From an uncultured delta proteobacterium (GTDB lineage: Bacteria > Desulfobacterota > Binatia > UBA9968): a stretch of DNA of 64,000 nucleotides. The notes beneath the pieces are model-generated. The model searched no databases, was not told where the DNA came from, and saw only the letters and a list, made by a program, of their open reading frames with translations. Location: NCBI GenBank assembly GCA_963760795.1, contig CAVXEP010000029.1, positions 448,001 through 512,000 on the forward strand, in the 5' to 3' direction. Below, one piece after another: positions 1 through 10,729 of this stretch; the stretch's first letter is position 1; each line of letters begins with the position of its first letter. A program made the translations under genes and the position numbers.

Positions 1-861
1 ATTCCCGGCCAGCCCGAGTTCGTCGTGCAAAATATGACCGGTGCCGGCTCAGTGATCGCCGCCAACCATGTATACAACGTTGGGAAACCGGACGGTCTGA
101 CCCTGGTGATGCCGCTCAACGGCGTCTACATCGACCAATTTGTCGGGCGTAAGGAAGTCCAGTTCGACATGCGCAAGTTCCGATTCATCGGCTCTCCGGT
201 GACTGAATCCAATATCTTCTACATGCGCGCCGACGCTCCCTACAAATCCATCGCGGAAATCATCAAAGCGAAAGAACCGCCCAAGTGCGGCGGCAGCGGG
301 ACCGCGAGCAGCGATTATATCCTGTCCAAAGTGTTGGAGGAGACGGTGGGGGCGAAGTTCAACACGGTGCTGGGCTACGCCGGCGGCACCGAAATCGATC
401 TGGCGGTGGAAAAAAACGAGGTGGTTTGCCGCGCTCACAGCATGTCGGCCCACTTCGGCCGGGAACCCTTCGATACCTGGCACAAGCGGGGCTTCGACCG
501 GCATCTGGTTCAGACCTCGAGCAAAAAGGATTCCCGTGCCGCCGACGCGCCGACGCTTAACGAACTCTTCGATCAATATAAGGTGCCGGCAAACAGCCGC
601 CGTCTCGCGCAGGTGCTTTTGGCGGCCGGGGATTTCGGCCGGCCGATGATGGTGACGCCGGGCACCCCGCCCGACCGAGTCAAGATGCTGAGAGACGCCT
701 TTGTCAAAACCTTGAGCGATCCCGAAGCGATTGAGGAAGCGAAAAAAGGCCGAATGGATATAGACCCAGCGACAGGTGAAGAGCTGGAAAAGTTAGTAAA
801 AGAGATTTTCGAATCTCCGCCGGACGTCGTCGAGCGGGTAAAGAAAATTCTTGGCAACTGA
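1..861 (+). CDS. Tripartite tricarboxylate transporter substrate-binding protein (TctC/Bug family), 5'-truncated by window edge
   Basis: Open from base 1 (IPGQPEFVVQNMTGAGS); motifs KPDGLT, GYAGGTEIDLAVE, PPDRVKMLRDAF; paralogous to 4623-5648. Confidence 0.85.
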   Translation: MPGQPEFVVQNMTGAGSVIAANHVYNVGKPDGLTLVMPLNGVYIDQFVGRKEVQFDMRKFRFIGSPVTESNIFYMRADAPYKSIAEIIKAKEPPKCGGSGTASSDYILSKVLEETVGAKFNTVLGYAGGTEIDLAVEKNEVVCRAHSMSAHFGREPFDTWHKRGFDRHLVQTSSKKDSRAADAPTLNELFDQYKVPANSRRLAQVLLAAGDFGRPMMVTPGTPPDRVKMLRDAFVKTLSDPEAIEEAKKGRMDIDPATGEELEKLVKEIFESPPDVVERVKKILGN

Positions 862-987
862 GAGCTCGCGAAAGTCGCCGGGCAGCAGTTTCGACCATGT
901 CAGACCCCGTGCCCGACTAAGATCGTTAAGATTGGAAGGCCTGTCCCCGATGCTGGCCCTTCGACTGAGGATCGGTAAGGCGGAAAG

Positions 988-1026
988 GTACGGAAAACTG
1001 TCGTTGCCGCCCAGATGGTTTCGACA
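988..1026 (+). repeat. Short degenerate copy of a GST-like 3'-end segment (family 2)
   Basis: 28/39 nt identical by eye to 2800-2838 (gtacggaaaactgtcgttgccgcccagatggtttcgaca vs gtgaagaaaactgtcgacgcccagcagaacatttcgaca). Confidence 0.5.
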
Positions 1027-1145
1027 GTCTCGCTGCAAGTGAGACTTGGCTAATTTGCCGGTTTCAGGCTACCGGCGTCAGAATATCTCACTCCGAAGAA
1101 TTGTCTGAACAGTGAGCCGATTGCGAATGCTCGCTGAGGATAAAC

Positions 1146-2285
1146 TCAAAAGCCCAAGACCTTGAACTGAACCGTTCCGGTGAGATTTGCCTGCTGGTTG
1201 TCCGGCAAAGTGAGCCGGGATTCATTCTTGTATTCCAGTTGCAGTGACACCGATTGCTCACCCAAGAAAGACTTACCGAGCTTCCAATTCAAGCCCGTGG
1301 CGGCATTTACAAGCGATCCCGCTCTCAGTGGATCTTCGCTCGAGCCTCGGGCGTAAGAAGCGCGTCCGATCCATTGCAGGTCTCTAGAAGGCGTATAGGT
1401 TAAACCGAAGCCGGCCGAACAAGTATCGGTTTTAAGGCTCGTGATCGGCGCCCATTCCTGCTTGAAGCTCACGTTGGGCTCAAGCGTAAGCAGCGACGTG
1501 AATCGGTAGGCGAGAGAAAGTCCATGGGTAAGCGCAAGAATTTTATGATCTAAATGTTCGTTGTTCGCTACCGTTGAATAACTCGACGACAATGCCGCGT
1601 TCCAGCTCGGCTTGTTTAGGTAAAGGGACGTCGCCGTCGTTCTGGTAAGGGTCAACTGGCGGGTATCGAAATTGTCTTCCCACATTTCACCGACGGCGCC
1701 GCGTACCCGGTATGGACCCAAGTCATATTCCGCCCAGATTTGACTTTCGTCGCGAGCGTGCTCGGTCTTTACCCCAGCCGGTGATACGTAACCGCGACCG
1801 GAAAAACGCTGGGATAAACCATAACCCGCCTTTCCCCAGCGTCCGTGCACTCCTAATCGGGTCATCATGGGTGTTTGATCACTTGATGCCGGGAAGCCCA
1901 ACGTGCTGTAAGCCGCTTCGGCGTCGCCGACGAGTTTCCCGCCAAATTGTGATGTCACGGCTAGTAAATCGGCATATTTCCCCCACCGCGTGGAATTCAT
2001 CGGATCGCTCGCGCTGCCGAGGAGCGCGGGTTCCTGGATACGCTTCTCAAAGTAGGACGCTTTCACTTCGAGCAACTTGCGGCCGAACTCCAAAGCAAAA
2101 TTTACTTTCGCCAACGGTGCAGTGGAATCTATTTGTACTCCATTGATTCCGGCGAACGCTTTTGGAAAGAGCGCTGTCGCTGCGGGAATTTCCGGGGGAA
2201 ACGTACCGGAGACTTCTGCTTGTGCGAATGCCAAGGTGCGGCAAAGGCACGAGACGAGGATAAGCAGTGAAGTAAGCCTGATCAC
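1146..2285 (-). CDS. Hypothetical secreted protein, probable outer-membrane beta-barrel
   Basis: GTG at 2285 followed by signal-like IRLTSLLILVSCLCRTLAFAQA; alternating amphipathic strands; C-terminal Phe (TVQFKVLGF). Confidence 0.65.
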   Translation of the reverse strand: MIRLTSLLILVSCLCRTLAFAQAEVSGTFPPEIPAATALFPKAFAGINGVQIDSTAPLAKVNFALEFGRKLLEVKASYFEKRIQEPALLGSASDPMNSTRWGKYADLLAVTSQFGGKLVGDAEAAYSTLGFPASSDQTPMMTRLGVHGRWGKAGYGLSQRFSGRGYVSPAGVKTEHARDESQIWAEYDLGPYRVRGAVGEMWEDNFDTRQLTLTRTTATSLYLNKPSWNAALSSSYSTVANNEHLDHKILALTHGLSLAYRFTSLLTLEPNVSFKQEWAPITSLKTDTCSAGFGLTYTPSRDLQWIGRASYARGSSEDPLRAGSLVNAATGLNWKLGKSFLGEQSVSLQLEYKNESRLTLPDNQQANLTGTVQFKVLGF

Positions 2286-2756
2286 AGCGTTTGAATCGCG
2301 ACGCGTGCAAGGACGAGACCGACTGCGGAAATGAAAGATAACCAGATCTAACTCTCCACCGGGCGAGTGGCGAAACGACTGCCCTATACCGAATCGAAAT
2401 GGATGTCTGATCGAGATGCGGCAACGAACCAGCAAAGTCGCAGCGGAAATGCTACTGCGCTGCGGTAAAAAAGTCTAGATGATTATGGCTGACGCAAAAT
2501 TTTATTGCGCCGGGGCAGATGACTAAAGAATAGCCACGACAAATTCGCGGTCATCAGGTCCTTCAGCGCCGGCGCTCCGCCAGTTCGAGCGGTAGGGAAG
2601 GGCATGGAGCTATCCTAAAGTGCGGAAACTTAACATAGATGGGCGTCGTGCACTTCAAAATCGAACGGAGATACGACGGCACGAGACCGTCGTTAATAAA
2701 TGCAGTTCCACGGCAGACAACCTTTAATAAATAATACAGGCTTCGCGTGCTTCGAC

Positions 2757-2966
2757 CCGAACTCATTGCGGTATGGAGCGCATGATGAAGCGGCCGACGG
2801 TGAAGAAAACTGTCGACGCCCAGCAGAACATTTCGACATCGCAGCTTCGCTCAGGGCAGACCCTTGCATCGTAAGAAGTTTGCATCCAAGTCGCTCCGTT
2901 GATGAACCACGTCCGGCTGGCGCACGTGTGATTGAGTTGAACGAAATAACTCAATAACTCAGGCCT
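2757..2966 (+). pseudogene. Degenerate GST-like 3' end plus downstream flank (family 2), homologous to 10904-11105
   Basis: ELIA..MMKRPTVKKTVDAQQN; aligns over ~200 nt with 10904-11105 and ends in aaataactcaataactcaggcct. Confidence 0.6.
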
Positions 2967-3074
2967 GGGGCTAGGCCTCTGACCCGGCTGTGGCCAATGC
3001 ACACAGGGCGAGAACAAACCTGACTCGGTTTCGCAAGATCATGGACAATTCCCTTGTGACGCGCCTCTGGGGTT

Positions 3075-4308
3075 CTATTTTTGTGAACGTAGGACTCCCG
3101 GACTCACATGTTCCGGGCGGATGCCGAGGCCGACGAGCCGAGCCGGGATTCGCGGCAGAAACGGAACTTTAGCTAGCAAGCGCAACGCGATCGGCGGTTT
3201 GAGCGGTCCGGTGCCGCCCAACACCGGCGCGATGATCCGGCGCTGGACGGCGACCTGCAACCCTTGCGTCACGCGGGTGGGCCACTCGCGGCGCTTTTGG
3301 ATCTGGCGCAGGTGATCGATGGCGAGGTGTCCTTGGCGCAGCGGTTTGAAAAGAACGTTGGCTGCCGCCACGGCATCCTGGATCGCGAGATTGATGCCGA
3401 CGCCGCCGACCGGAGACATGGCGTGAGCGGCGTCGCCAATGCACAACAGACCCGGCCGAAACCAATCGATCAATCGGTCCACCCGAACCGTTAAAAGCTT
3501 TACATCGTCCCAACCGCGCAGCTCATGCACGCTGTCGCTAGCGTAGGGCGCAAGCTGCACGATCGGCCGCGCGAAAAGTTGCAAATTCTTGGCGGCGCAG
3601 CTCGTCAAACTGTCCCTTGGCAATGATGTAGCCGCACTGCCAATAGTCGCCGCGATTGAGCGCGATAAAAATCCTGCCGCTATCGAACCTGCCCATGGTC
3701 GCCACGGGATCTTCCGCAGTTCGCCGGAGCCGAAACCAGAGCACATCCATCGGCGCGCCGTATTCCTTCACTTGCAAACCGGCCCGTTCGCGCACGATCG
3801 AGCTCCGGCCGTCCGCGCCGACGACTAGTTCAGCGCGGACTTCCAGCGTGCCTTTGGGAGTATTCGCGCGCACCCCGATCACGCGCCCCGACTCTTCGAT
3901 AAGCCCGTTTACCTCGGAGTCCATGATCAAAGCGAAGCTGGGATAGCGCTCCGCTTTTTCGGCGACGAAGTTGAGAAAATCCCACTGTGGCATGAGGGCG
4001 ATAAAGCCGCAGCGGGTCGGCAGATGCCGGAAATCCGCGATGGTCAGCCGCATCTCGCCAACTTGCGCGTTGAGCTTGTCGACCTCCTGATGCGGCAGTT
4101 TGAGAAACTCATCGAGCAATCCCAGCTCGTGCATCACTTCGAGGGTCGACGGATGAATGGTATCGCCGCGAAAATCGCGCAGGAAATCGCTGTGTTTTTC
4201 CAGCACTAAGACTTCGACGCCGGAGCGCGCCAGCAGATACCCAAGCATCATGCCGGCCGGGCCGCCGCCCGCGATGCAGCAGCGCGCGGAAATTTTCTCA
4301 GGCGCCAT
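3075..4308 (-). CDS. FAD-dependent oxidoreductase (UbiH/aromatic hydroxylase-like), +1 frameshift near 3565
   Basis: GGGPAG FAD motif and GADG in ORF 3538-4308; GDAAHAMSPVGGVGINLAIQDA in ORF 3075-3746. Confidence 0.85.
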
Positions 4309-4622
4309 GGCTTGAATTTAACGAGCGCTAACCGCCTTATCAAGAATGACGGAATAGGAAAATTGCTCCGAAATCTGGACTCGTACACTCTAAGGGATCG
4401 GCCAACGACATGTGTTGCGAGCCATCCATTGAATGTGAGCCGAAGGTGGGCGTGAAGGTCAGACAGGGGGCCGCTTTTTGCTTTTTGTTAGTGCTCTGTG
4501 GACAACTTGAACCGTTTCGCTTTTGAGCCTGCTGAGAACGGTCGACAAAGTTGATCAGAGTGGCCATCGCTAATCGCTGCGCGCAGCGAGAATTACACTT
4601 AAAGATCGGATTGCCGCTCCGC

Positions 4623-5648
4623 TTACTCATTCATCAGCGTTTTCAATCGTTGCAGCATCTCGGGCGATTGCACGACGACACTCTTTGCCGACGCCTCAAG
4701 CTCCTCACCGCGCGTCGGCGTAATGCTCAAGCTCCTTTTTTTCGCCTCGGCCAGGAGTTCAGGATCATTCATGGTTTTCATAAAGGCGTCGCGTAAAATT
4801 TTGACCTTGTCCGGGGCTACTCCGGGAGGTGCGATAATGGGCCGGCCGAAGTCGCCGCTCGCCAAGACCACAGGCACCAAGCGGCGTGCCGCTGCCGAGG
4901 TGTTGTGCTCGTCCATGAGCTCGGCAAGCGTAGGAGTATCCGGTAGGCGCGGGTCGCGCGCGCGCCCGGTCTGCATTATGATCCGGGTAAAGTTGTTTTT
5001 ACGCCAGCTATGATAGGGCTCTCGGGAATGAAAGGCCTGGACAGTCAACGCCCGGCATTGAAGCTCTCCTCGCTCCACGGCGAGGTCGATATCGCCACCG
5101 CCTTGATAGCCGGCCACAACGGTAAACTTTGTTCCCAGTGTTTCTTCCAAAAGCTTCGGAATATAACTTTCCGACGTGCCGACGCCGGTGGAACCGCATT
5201 TTGGCGACGCATTAGCCCGGCGCACGTCAGCCAGGCTCTTGTAAGGCAAATCGGCACGCATATAGAGCAGCCAATCGGACTTGTCCGAGCTGCCGATCCA
5301 GGTGAACTTTGCCCAGTCGAATTTCACCTCTTGATGTTTCTGGAGCTGGTTGAAGAATATCGACGGTTGAACCGCTCCGATCGTCAATCCATCGGATTTG
5401 GAAACGTTATACAGATAATTGGCGCCGATGATCGATCCCGCGCCGGTCATATTTTGCACAACGAAACTTGGATTTCCGGGAATATGCTTACCCATATGCT
5501 GTGTCATGAGCCGCGTGTACATATCGTAGACGCTTCCAGCGCTGACCCCGGCGACAACCGTAATGGTCTTGCCTTGGTAGAACTGGTTTTGCGCTCTCAC
5601 TTCGCACGGCGATAGGGCGAGTATCAACAACCACAAAAGTCGCTTCAT
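4623..5648 (-). CDS. TctC/Bug-family substrate-binding protein
   Basis: Signal peptide, FYQGKTITVV, HIPGNPSFVVQNMTGAGS, GYQGGGDIDLAVERGE. Confidence 0.88.
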   Translation of the reverse strand: MKRLLWLLILALSPCEVRAQNQFYQGKTITVVAGVSAGSVYDMYTRLMTQHMGKHIPGNPSFVVQNMTGAGSIIGANYLYNVSKSDGLTIGAVQPSIFFNQLQKHQEVKFDWAKFTWIGSSDKSDWLLYMRADLPYKSLADVRRANASPKCGSTGVGTSESYIPKLLEETLGTKFTVVAGYQGGGDIDLAVERGELQCRALTVQAFHSREPYHSWRKNNFTRIIMQTGRARDPRLPDTPTLAELMDEHNTSAAARRLVPVVLASGDFGRPIIAPPGVAPDKVKILRDAFMKTMNDPELLAEAKKRSLSITPTRGEELEASAKSVVVQSPEMLQRLKTLMNE

Positions 5649-5757
5649 AAGCGTTGCGTGTAGCATTGGTCAATAGCGAAAGCAATGAGATCAGGCCTGG
5701 AGAGGTCGCACATTTCTTGATTTGATTCTATGCGAAGCATGGCCTTTCTTGCTTTTG

Positions 5758-5980
5758 CCTCACGACTTATCATCCAGCTCAGGATAGTGGTGAAAACCTG
5801 CTTGATTGAACGGCAAGCGCCGTTCGGACGCGAGATACGCGGCGCGGCAGTGCGTCCCGCCACTCGGTCGTGCAGCTTGGTCAATCGTGGATGTTTGCGT
5901 TCCTGCTTGGTCATCGCGCGCGGAAAGGCGCGCAGCCCTTCGATCATCCGGAAGAGCGACGGATCGCCGTAGGAAACTTT
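5758..5980 (-). pseudogene. Degenerate copy of the 3' ~220 nt of the GST gene at 15707-16423
   Basis: KVSYGDPSLFRMIEGLRAFPRAMTKQERKHPRL vs KVSYVDLSLFQMIEGLRYAFPRAMTKQERKQRRV; nucleotide match continues through the stop (cctcacgac). Confidence 0.85.
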
Positions 5981-6041
5981 GCGACGCAAACGAGCAGATC
6001 GCGCTTGAAAGTTAACGCGGGCTCGTCCTATGCTCGCCGGC

Positions 6042-7043
6042 ATGGCGAAGAAAAAAACTACTTTCGGTTTAACCTTGTCCAACCGCGCATTGGTTACGCG
6101 TGGAACGCCGCCCGAGGAGCTCATCGACATGGCAGTACGGGCCGAGGCGACCGGCGCGGTCGATGCGATATGGGTCGGCGACAGTATCTTGAGCAAACCG
6201 CGGCTGGAATGCATTCCCCTACTGGGCGCCATCGCCGCTCGGACTTCGCGTGTGAAACTAGGCGTGGCTTGCATGGCGACAATCGCCCAGCGGAATCCCG
6301 TGCTGCTCGCCTTGCAGTGGGCGAGCCTCGACGTGCTGTCAGGCGGACGCACATGGCTGGCGGCGTGCATGGGTTACCCGGCGAGCCAGCATCCCATGGC
6401 GGCCAAAGAGCTCGAAGTCATGGGCGTGGCGAGTAAAGAGCGACCCGGACGACTGGAAGAGATGATTCAGGCCATGCGGCTGCTCTGGTCGGACGAACAT
6501 GCAAGCTTTCATGGCAAGTATTATTCGTTTGAGGACGTGAATCTCCTACCGAAGCCCGCGCAACGGCCTTGTCCGATTTATATCGCCGGCACGCCGCGCG
6601 CGGCGCAGATCGGCGAGGGCGGCGTCGAGCGCTCTTTGCGGCGAATCGCGCGCTACGCCGATGGTTGGATGAGCAACCAGATCGAGCTCTCGATGTTTCG
6701 AGAACACCAAGCCAGGCTGCGGAAAATGTTGGTCGAGGAAGGCCGCGACCCGGAAGCTTTCAAAACCGTTTTGTACTACGGCGTATCCGTGAATAGCGAT
6801 CGGCAACAGGCGTTTGGCGAAGCCAAAGCATTTCTCGACGCCTATTATCAAAAGGACTTTACCCGGCAAGGCGTCGAGATCTGGACCGCCTGCGGACCGG
6901 TGGAACACTGCGTCCGCTGCGTCCAAGAATTCATCGATGCCGGCGTCGATCACGTTGCGATTCGCCCGATCGGCGAAGATCTAAACGCGCAGTTCCGCAT
7001 CTATCTGGAAGAGATTCTCCCCGCTTTGAACGCGGCAAAATGA
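6042..7043 (+). CDS. LLM-class flavin-dependent oxidoreductase
   Basis: AIWVGDSILSKPRLE, TSRVKLG, LDVLSGGR, FHGKYY..PKP..PIYIAG, ARYADGW. Confidence 0.9.
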   Translation: MAKKKTTFGLTLSNRALVTRGTPPEELIDMAVRAEATGAVDAIWVGDSILSKPRLECIPLLGAIAARTSRVKLGVACMATIAQRNPVLLALQWASLDVLSGGRTWLAACMGYPASQHPMAAKELEVMGVASKERPGRLEEMIQAMRLLWSDEHASFHGKYYSFEDVNLLPKPAQRPCPIYIAGTPRAAQIGEGGVERSLRRIARYADGWMSNQIELSMFREHQARLRKMLVEEGRDPEAFKTVLYYGVSVNSDRQQAFGEAKAFLDAYYQKDFTRQGVEIWTACGPVEHCVRCVQEFIDAGVDHVAIRPIGEDLNAQFRIYLEEILPALNAAK

Positions 7044-7325
7044 CACCTAGTTCGCGGCGAGGGTGTTGCGGGGGAATGCGCTGTCCGCCGACGGTTGCGC
7101 GTCGCGAATCGGAGCGGGAATCATGTAAGCCTTCACTCGCTGAATGGAAAGCGATCATGTTTGCCGGCGGCGCTTCGATGGGCTAAGGCTTGACGATATC
7201 GTCGTAGGCAAATCGCGGGTCATAAATTAGGCAGCCGGCCCATTAGTTAGGCACGGCGCGGCGTGATTTCCTGCACCCAGCTCCTCAAGTCAAATGAATC
7301 TGCCTGGCAGGTTCTCCTCCGGCAA

Positions 7326-7341
7326 CGGCATGGTAGTTGCT
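7326..7341 (+). promoter_or_regulatory. Putative sigma-54 (-24/-12) promoter upstream of glgP
   Basis: cGGCAtggtagTTGCt, GG-N10-GC spacing, ~100 nt before the TTG start. Confidence 0.55.
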
Positions 7342-7440
7342 TTTTAATGACGCCCTCACGTAAAACTATTGTCGCAGGGGCTTGATCAGTAATCCCAGTG
7401 TTATGGTGAAAAATATAATGACCGCGAAGGAATTTAGACC

Positions 7441-10110
7441 TTGAGCCAAACCAAAGCCGCGCTGTTTGATGCAGATTACGTTTTGACGTTGGAAGAAATC
7501 GCCGCGTTGGCAGCCGAAGGCGGCAAGCCGGCGGAGACTTTGATGAACGTCGTCGCCCTGATCGCTAAGAGATTCCAGACCGACGTATGTTCGGCGTATT
7601 TACTCGAGCCGGATCGCGCCAACCTGCTCCTGGCCGCCTCGCTTGGACTTCGACCCCAATGTATCGGCACCCTGCGCATGCCGATCCATGAAGGGCTTTC
7701 CGGCCTGGTGGCGGAGGAAGTGCGCCCGATCGCGGTGCAGCAAGTGAGAAACCATCCACGCTTCAAATATTTTAAAGAGGCTGGCGAAGAGGCTTACCAG
7801 TCGTTCCTCGGCGTCCCGCTCGTCGATCGGGGATTTTTGCAAGGCGTCCTGGTCGTCCAAACCATTGAAGATCGTTGTTTTCGAGACGGCGAAATTCGCA
7901 TGATGACCGAGGCCGCCGCGCAGCTTGCGCCGGTGATCTCCGAAGCGCGCACTCTGGCGCGCTTCATCGCGCCGCTTCAGGAGCGGCTGTGGTCCCTGGC
8001 GCGCAATCTCTGGTGGAGTTGGGATCAGGACTCGGTCAACGTGTTCCTCGACCTCGACCCGGCGCGCTGGCGCCAGCTCAATCACAATCCCGTTGCGCTG
8101 CTCGGCGAGATGCCCTTGGCGGGGATCGAGCGCCGCGCCGGAGAACTGGTGCTGCACGGCCGGATCAATTACGCCTACCGGCGCCAGCAGGAATATCTCC
8201 AGGCCGATCGCACCTGGGGGGCAAGCCACGCGGGCGTGTTGCGGCCGCACCCGGTCGCCTATTTTTCCGCCGAATTCGGCTTGCATGAATCGATTCCGGT
8301 TTATTCCGGCGGACTCGGCGTGCTCGCCGGCGATCACATCAAGAGCGCCTCCGATCTCGATATCCCGCTGATCGGCGTCGGCTTATTTTACAGTCACGGT
8401 TATTTTCGCCAGCAGCTCGATCTCAACGGCTGGCAGCAAGAAGTGTATCTCCAAACCGACGTGAACGAACAGCCGATGGAACCGGCGATCGGCGCCAATG
8501 GCGAGCCGGTCACCGTGCAAATCGAGACGCGCGGCAGCGCGATCAAAGCCAAAGTTTGGCGCATGCAAGTCGGCCGCTGCGCCCTGCTGCTGCTTGACTC
8601 AAACGTGGAAGGCAACACGCCGGAAGACTTGCAACTCACAGCGAACCTGTACGGCGGCGACGCGCGTACGCGCATCCGCCATGAGTTGCTCCTCGGCGTC
8701 GGCGGTTTTCGCGCGCTGACAGCGATGGGCATAACGCCCAGCGTGCTGCACATGAACGAGGGCCACAGCGGTTTTGCCGTGCTCGAAGCGATCCGCACAC
8801 GCATGGAGGACGAGGGGCTGAGCTTTGACCAGGCGGTGCCGCGGGTTTCGCGCCAGGTGGTTTTCACGACTCACACCCCGGTGCCGGCGGGTCATGACCG
8901 CTTTAACTCCGACCTGATGGAGGAACATCTCGGACCGCTGCGCGAGCAGCTTGGCTTGTCGCACGATCGTCTGATGGAACTTGGACGGGAAAATCCCGGC
9001 AACTCTTACGAAGAGTTTTGCATGACCGTGCTGGCGCTCAAGCTCTCGCGCCGCGCCAACGCCGTGTCGGCTTTGCACGGCGAAGTGTCGCGCAATATGT
9101 GGACCGGACTCTATCCGGGCAAGCCGGAGGACGCCGTGCCGATCGGCCACATCACCAACGGCGTGCATGTCCCCACCTGGCTGGCGCCGCAAATGTTCCG
9201 TCTCTATGACCGCCACTGTGGCAGCGGCTGGTATCAGCTAAGCGCCGAGGCGCGCACTTGGGAAGCGATCGAATCGGTCGACGACGGGGAGCTTTGGGAA
9301 ACCCACTTGAGCTTGAAGTCGAGGTTGATCGAATTCGTCCGCCACCGCGCCGTCGAACAAGCCGAGCGCCGCGGCGAGCCGCCGCAAACCCTGCGCCGAA
9401 TCGCCCGAGTGCTGAGCCCGGACGCGCTCACCATCGGCTTCGGCCGCCGCTTCGCCACCTACAAGCGGGCTAATCTGTTACTGAAGGACATCGAAATGCT
9501 CGCTTCGATGGTTAACGATCCGAAGCGTCCGGTGCAATTCGTTTTCGCCGGCAAGGCGCACCCGCACGACGAACCCGGCAAGCGGGTGCTGCAGCAGATC
9601 GCCGAGTTGATGCGCAATCCGGAGTTCGCCGAAAAGTTCGTGTTCGTCGAGGACTACGACATCAACGTCGGCCGCCATTTTGTCCAAGGCGTCGATGTTT
9701 GGTTGAACAATCCGCGCCGGCCGTTGGAAGCTTCCGGGACCAGCGGTATGAAAGTGGTTTTGAACGGGGGACTCAACCTCTCCGTCCTCGACGGCTGGTG
9801 GGCCGAAGCTTACGACGGGCAGAATGGTTTCGCCATCGGCACCGGCAAGACCCATACGAACATGGATGTTCACGATACCCGCGACGGCGAAGACTTGTAC
9901 AAGACCTTGCGCGAAGAAGTGATCCCGCTTTACTACCAACGCGACCGCGATGGCCTGCCGCGCGGCTGGATCAAGCGCATGAAGCGAACGATCCGCACCC
10001 TGGGCTGGCGCTTCAACGCCGATCGCATGGTGATGGACTACACGACCAAGTGCTACGTCCCCGCCGCCGGCGGCACGTCGAGCGATATGAGCCCGACGTT
10101 GGGCGGTTGA
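7441..10110 (+). CDS. glgP: Alpha-glucan (glycogen) phosphorylase with N-terminal PtsP-like GAF domain
   Basis: YFSAEFG..YSGGLGVLAGD, HMNEGH, TTHTPVPAGHD, RRFATYKRA, EASGTSGMK (PLP Lys); first ~170 aa GAF (EGLSGLVAE..HPRFKYF..SFLGVPL..GVLVVQ). Confidence 0.93.
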   Translation: MSQTKAALFDADYVLTLEEIAALAAEGGKPAETLMNVVALIAKRFQTDVCSAYLLEPDRANLLLAASLGLRPQCIGTLRMPIHEGLSGLVAEEVRPIAVQQVRNHPRFKYFKEAGEEAYQSFLGVPLVDRGFLQGVLVVQTIEDRCFRDGEIRMMTEAAAQLAPVISEARTLARFIAPLQERLWSLARNLWWSWDQDSVNVFLDLDPARWRQLNHNPVALLGEMPLAGIERRAGELVLHGRINYAYRRQQEYLQADRTWGASHAGVLRPHPVAYFSAEFGLHESIPVYSGGLGVLAGDHIKSASDLDIPLIGVGLFYSHGYFRQQLDLNGWQQEVYLQTDVNEQPMEPAIGANGEPVTVQIETRGSAIKAKVWRMQVGRCALLLLDSNVEGNTPEDLQLTANLYGGDARTRIRHELLLGVGGFRALTAMGITPSVLHMNEGHSGFAVLEAIRTRMEDEGLSFDQAVPRVSRQVVFTTHTPVPAGHDRFNSDLMEEHLGPLREQLGLSHDRLMELGRENPGNSYEEFCMTVLALKLSRRANAVSALHGEVSRNMWTGLYPGKPEDAVPIGHITNGVHVPTWLAPQMFRLYDRHCGSGWYQLSAEARTWEAIESVDDGELWETHLSLKSRLIEFVRHRAVEQAERRGEPPQTLRRIARVLSPDALTIGFGRRFATYKRANLLLKDIEMLASMVNDPKRPVQFVFAGKAHPHDEPGKRVLQQIAELMRNPEFAEKFVFVEDYDINVGRHFVQGVDVWLNNPRRPLEASGTSGMKVVLNGGLNLSVLDGWWAEAYDGQNGFAIGTGKTHTNMDVHDTRDGEDLYKTLREEVIPLYYQRDRDGLPRGWIKRMKRTIRTLGWRFNADRMVMDYTTKCYVPAAGGTSSDMSPTLGG

Positions 10111-10236
10111 GATCTGCGCTTCGCTTATTTGCTTCCTCGTCGTTCTGACCCATCAGGCTAAGGCTCGCTAAGCTTTTCTTGTCATCCTTGCGCTAGCGAA
10201 GGCGCAGCACCCGGGTAAGCGGTATTCGTTCCGTCG

Positions 10237-10269
10237 ATGCCGAATCATTTTCATCTTGTGATCGAGTCG
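10237..10269 (+). mobile_element. Remnant of a Y1 HUH (RAYT/IS200-like) transposase
   Basis: atgccgaatcattttcatcttgtgatcgagtcg = MPNHFHLVIES, the M-x-N-H-x-H-L HUH motif; no surrounding intact ORF. Confidence 0.5.
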
Positions 10270-10422
10270 TCACATCATCGAGCAAGGCCCTGGTTGTTCA
10301 TTTTTCGTAAGCGCGCGAGGAGCAAAAGCTATATTTTCAGCGCCGGCACTTTTTATGGAGATTTATAGAGTAGCGTTTGGAGCCGAAAATAGGCTATAGA
10401 AGTGTTTCGCGGATGGTGCAAC

Positions 10423-10683
10423 ATGAAGCTGTCGCTCAATGCCATGATCATCGCCGGCGCGCTGTACAAGACCGCCGTCTTTCTTTTTATCTCGCTGATG
10501 AATCTCATCTTGCGTCCTTACGGCGGCGCCTACCTGGCGATGTTAACCTCGCTCTACCCCGGATATGACCCAGTCAACGTGCCGATTGCCCTAATCGTCG
10601 GCACACTCTATTCATTACTTGCAGGAGGGCTCGCCGGTCTTTTGTTCGGCTGGCTTTACAATCTCTTCACAGCGAGACGCTGA
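10423..10683 (+). CDS. Small integral membrane hypothetical protein
   Basis: 86 aa, two long hydrophobic segments, SLYPGYDP loop. Confidence 0.75.
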   Translation: MKLSLNAMIIAGALYKTAVFLFISLMNLILRPYGGAYLAMLTSLYPGYDPVNVPIALIVGTLYSLLAGGLAGLLFGWLYNLFTARR

Positions 10684-10729
10684 GACTCAAATTCACGATA
10701 ATTCGCTTTCAACTCTCCCCTTGCCGAAG

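Noticed and set aside
5645-6370. 241-aa minus-strand ORF
   Set aside because: Antisense shadow of the LLM gene running into the GST remnant.
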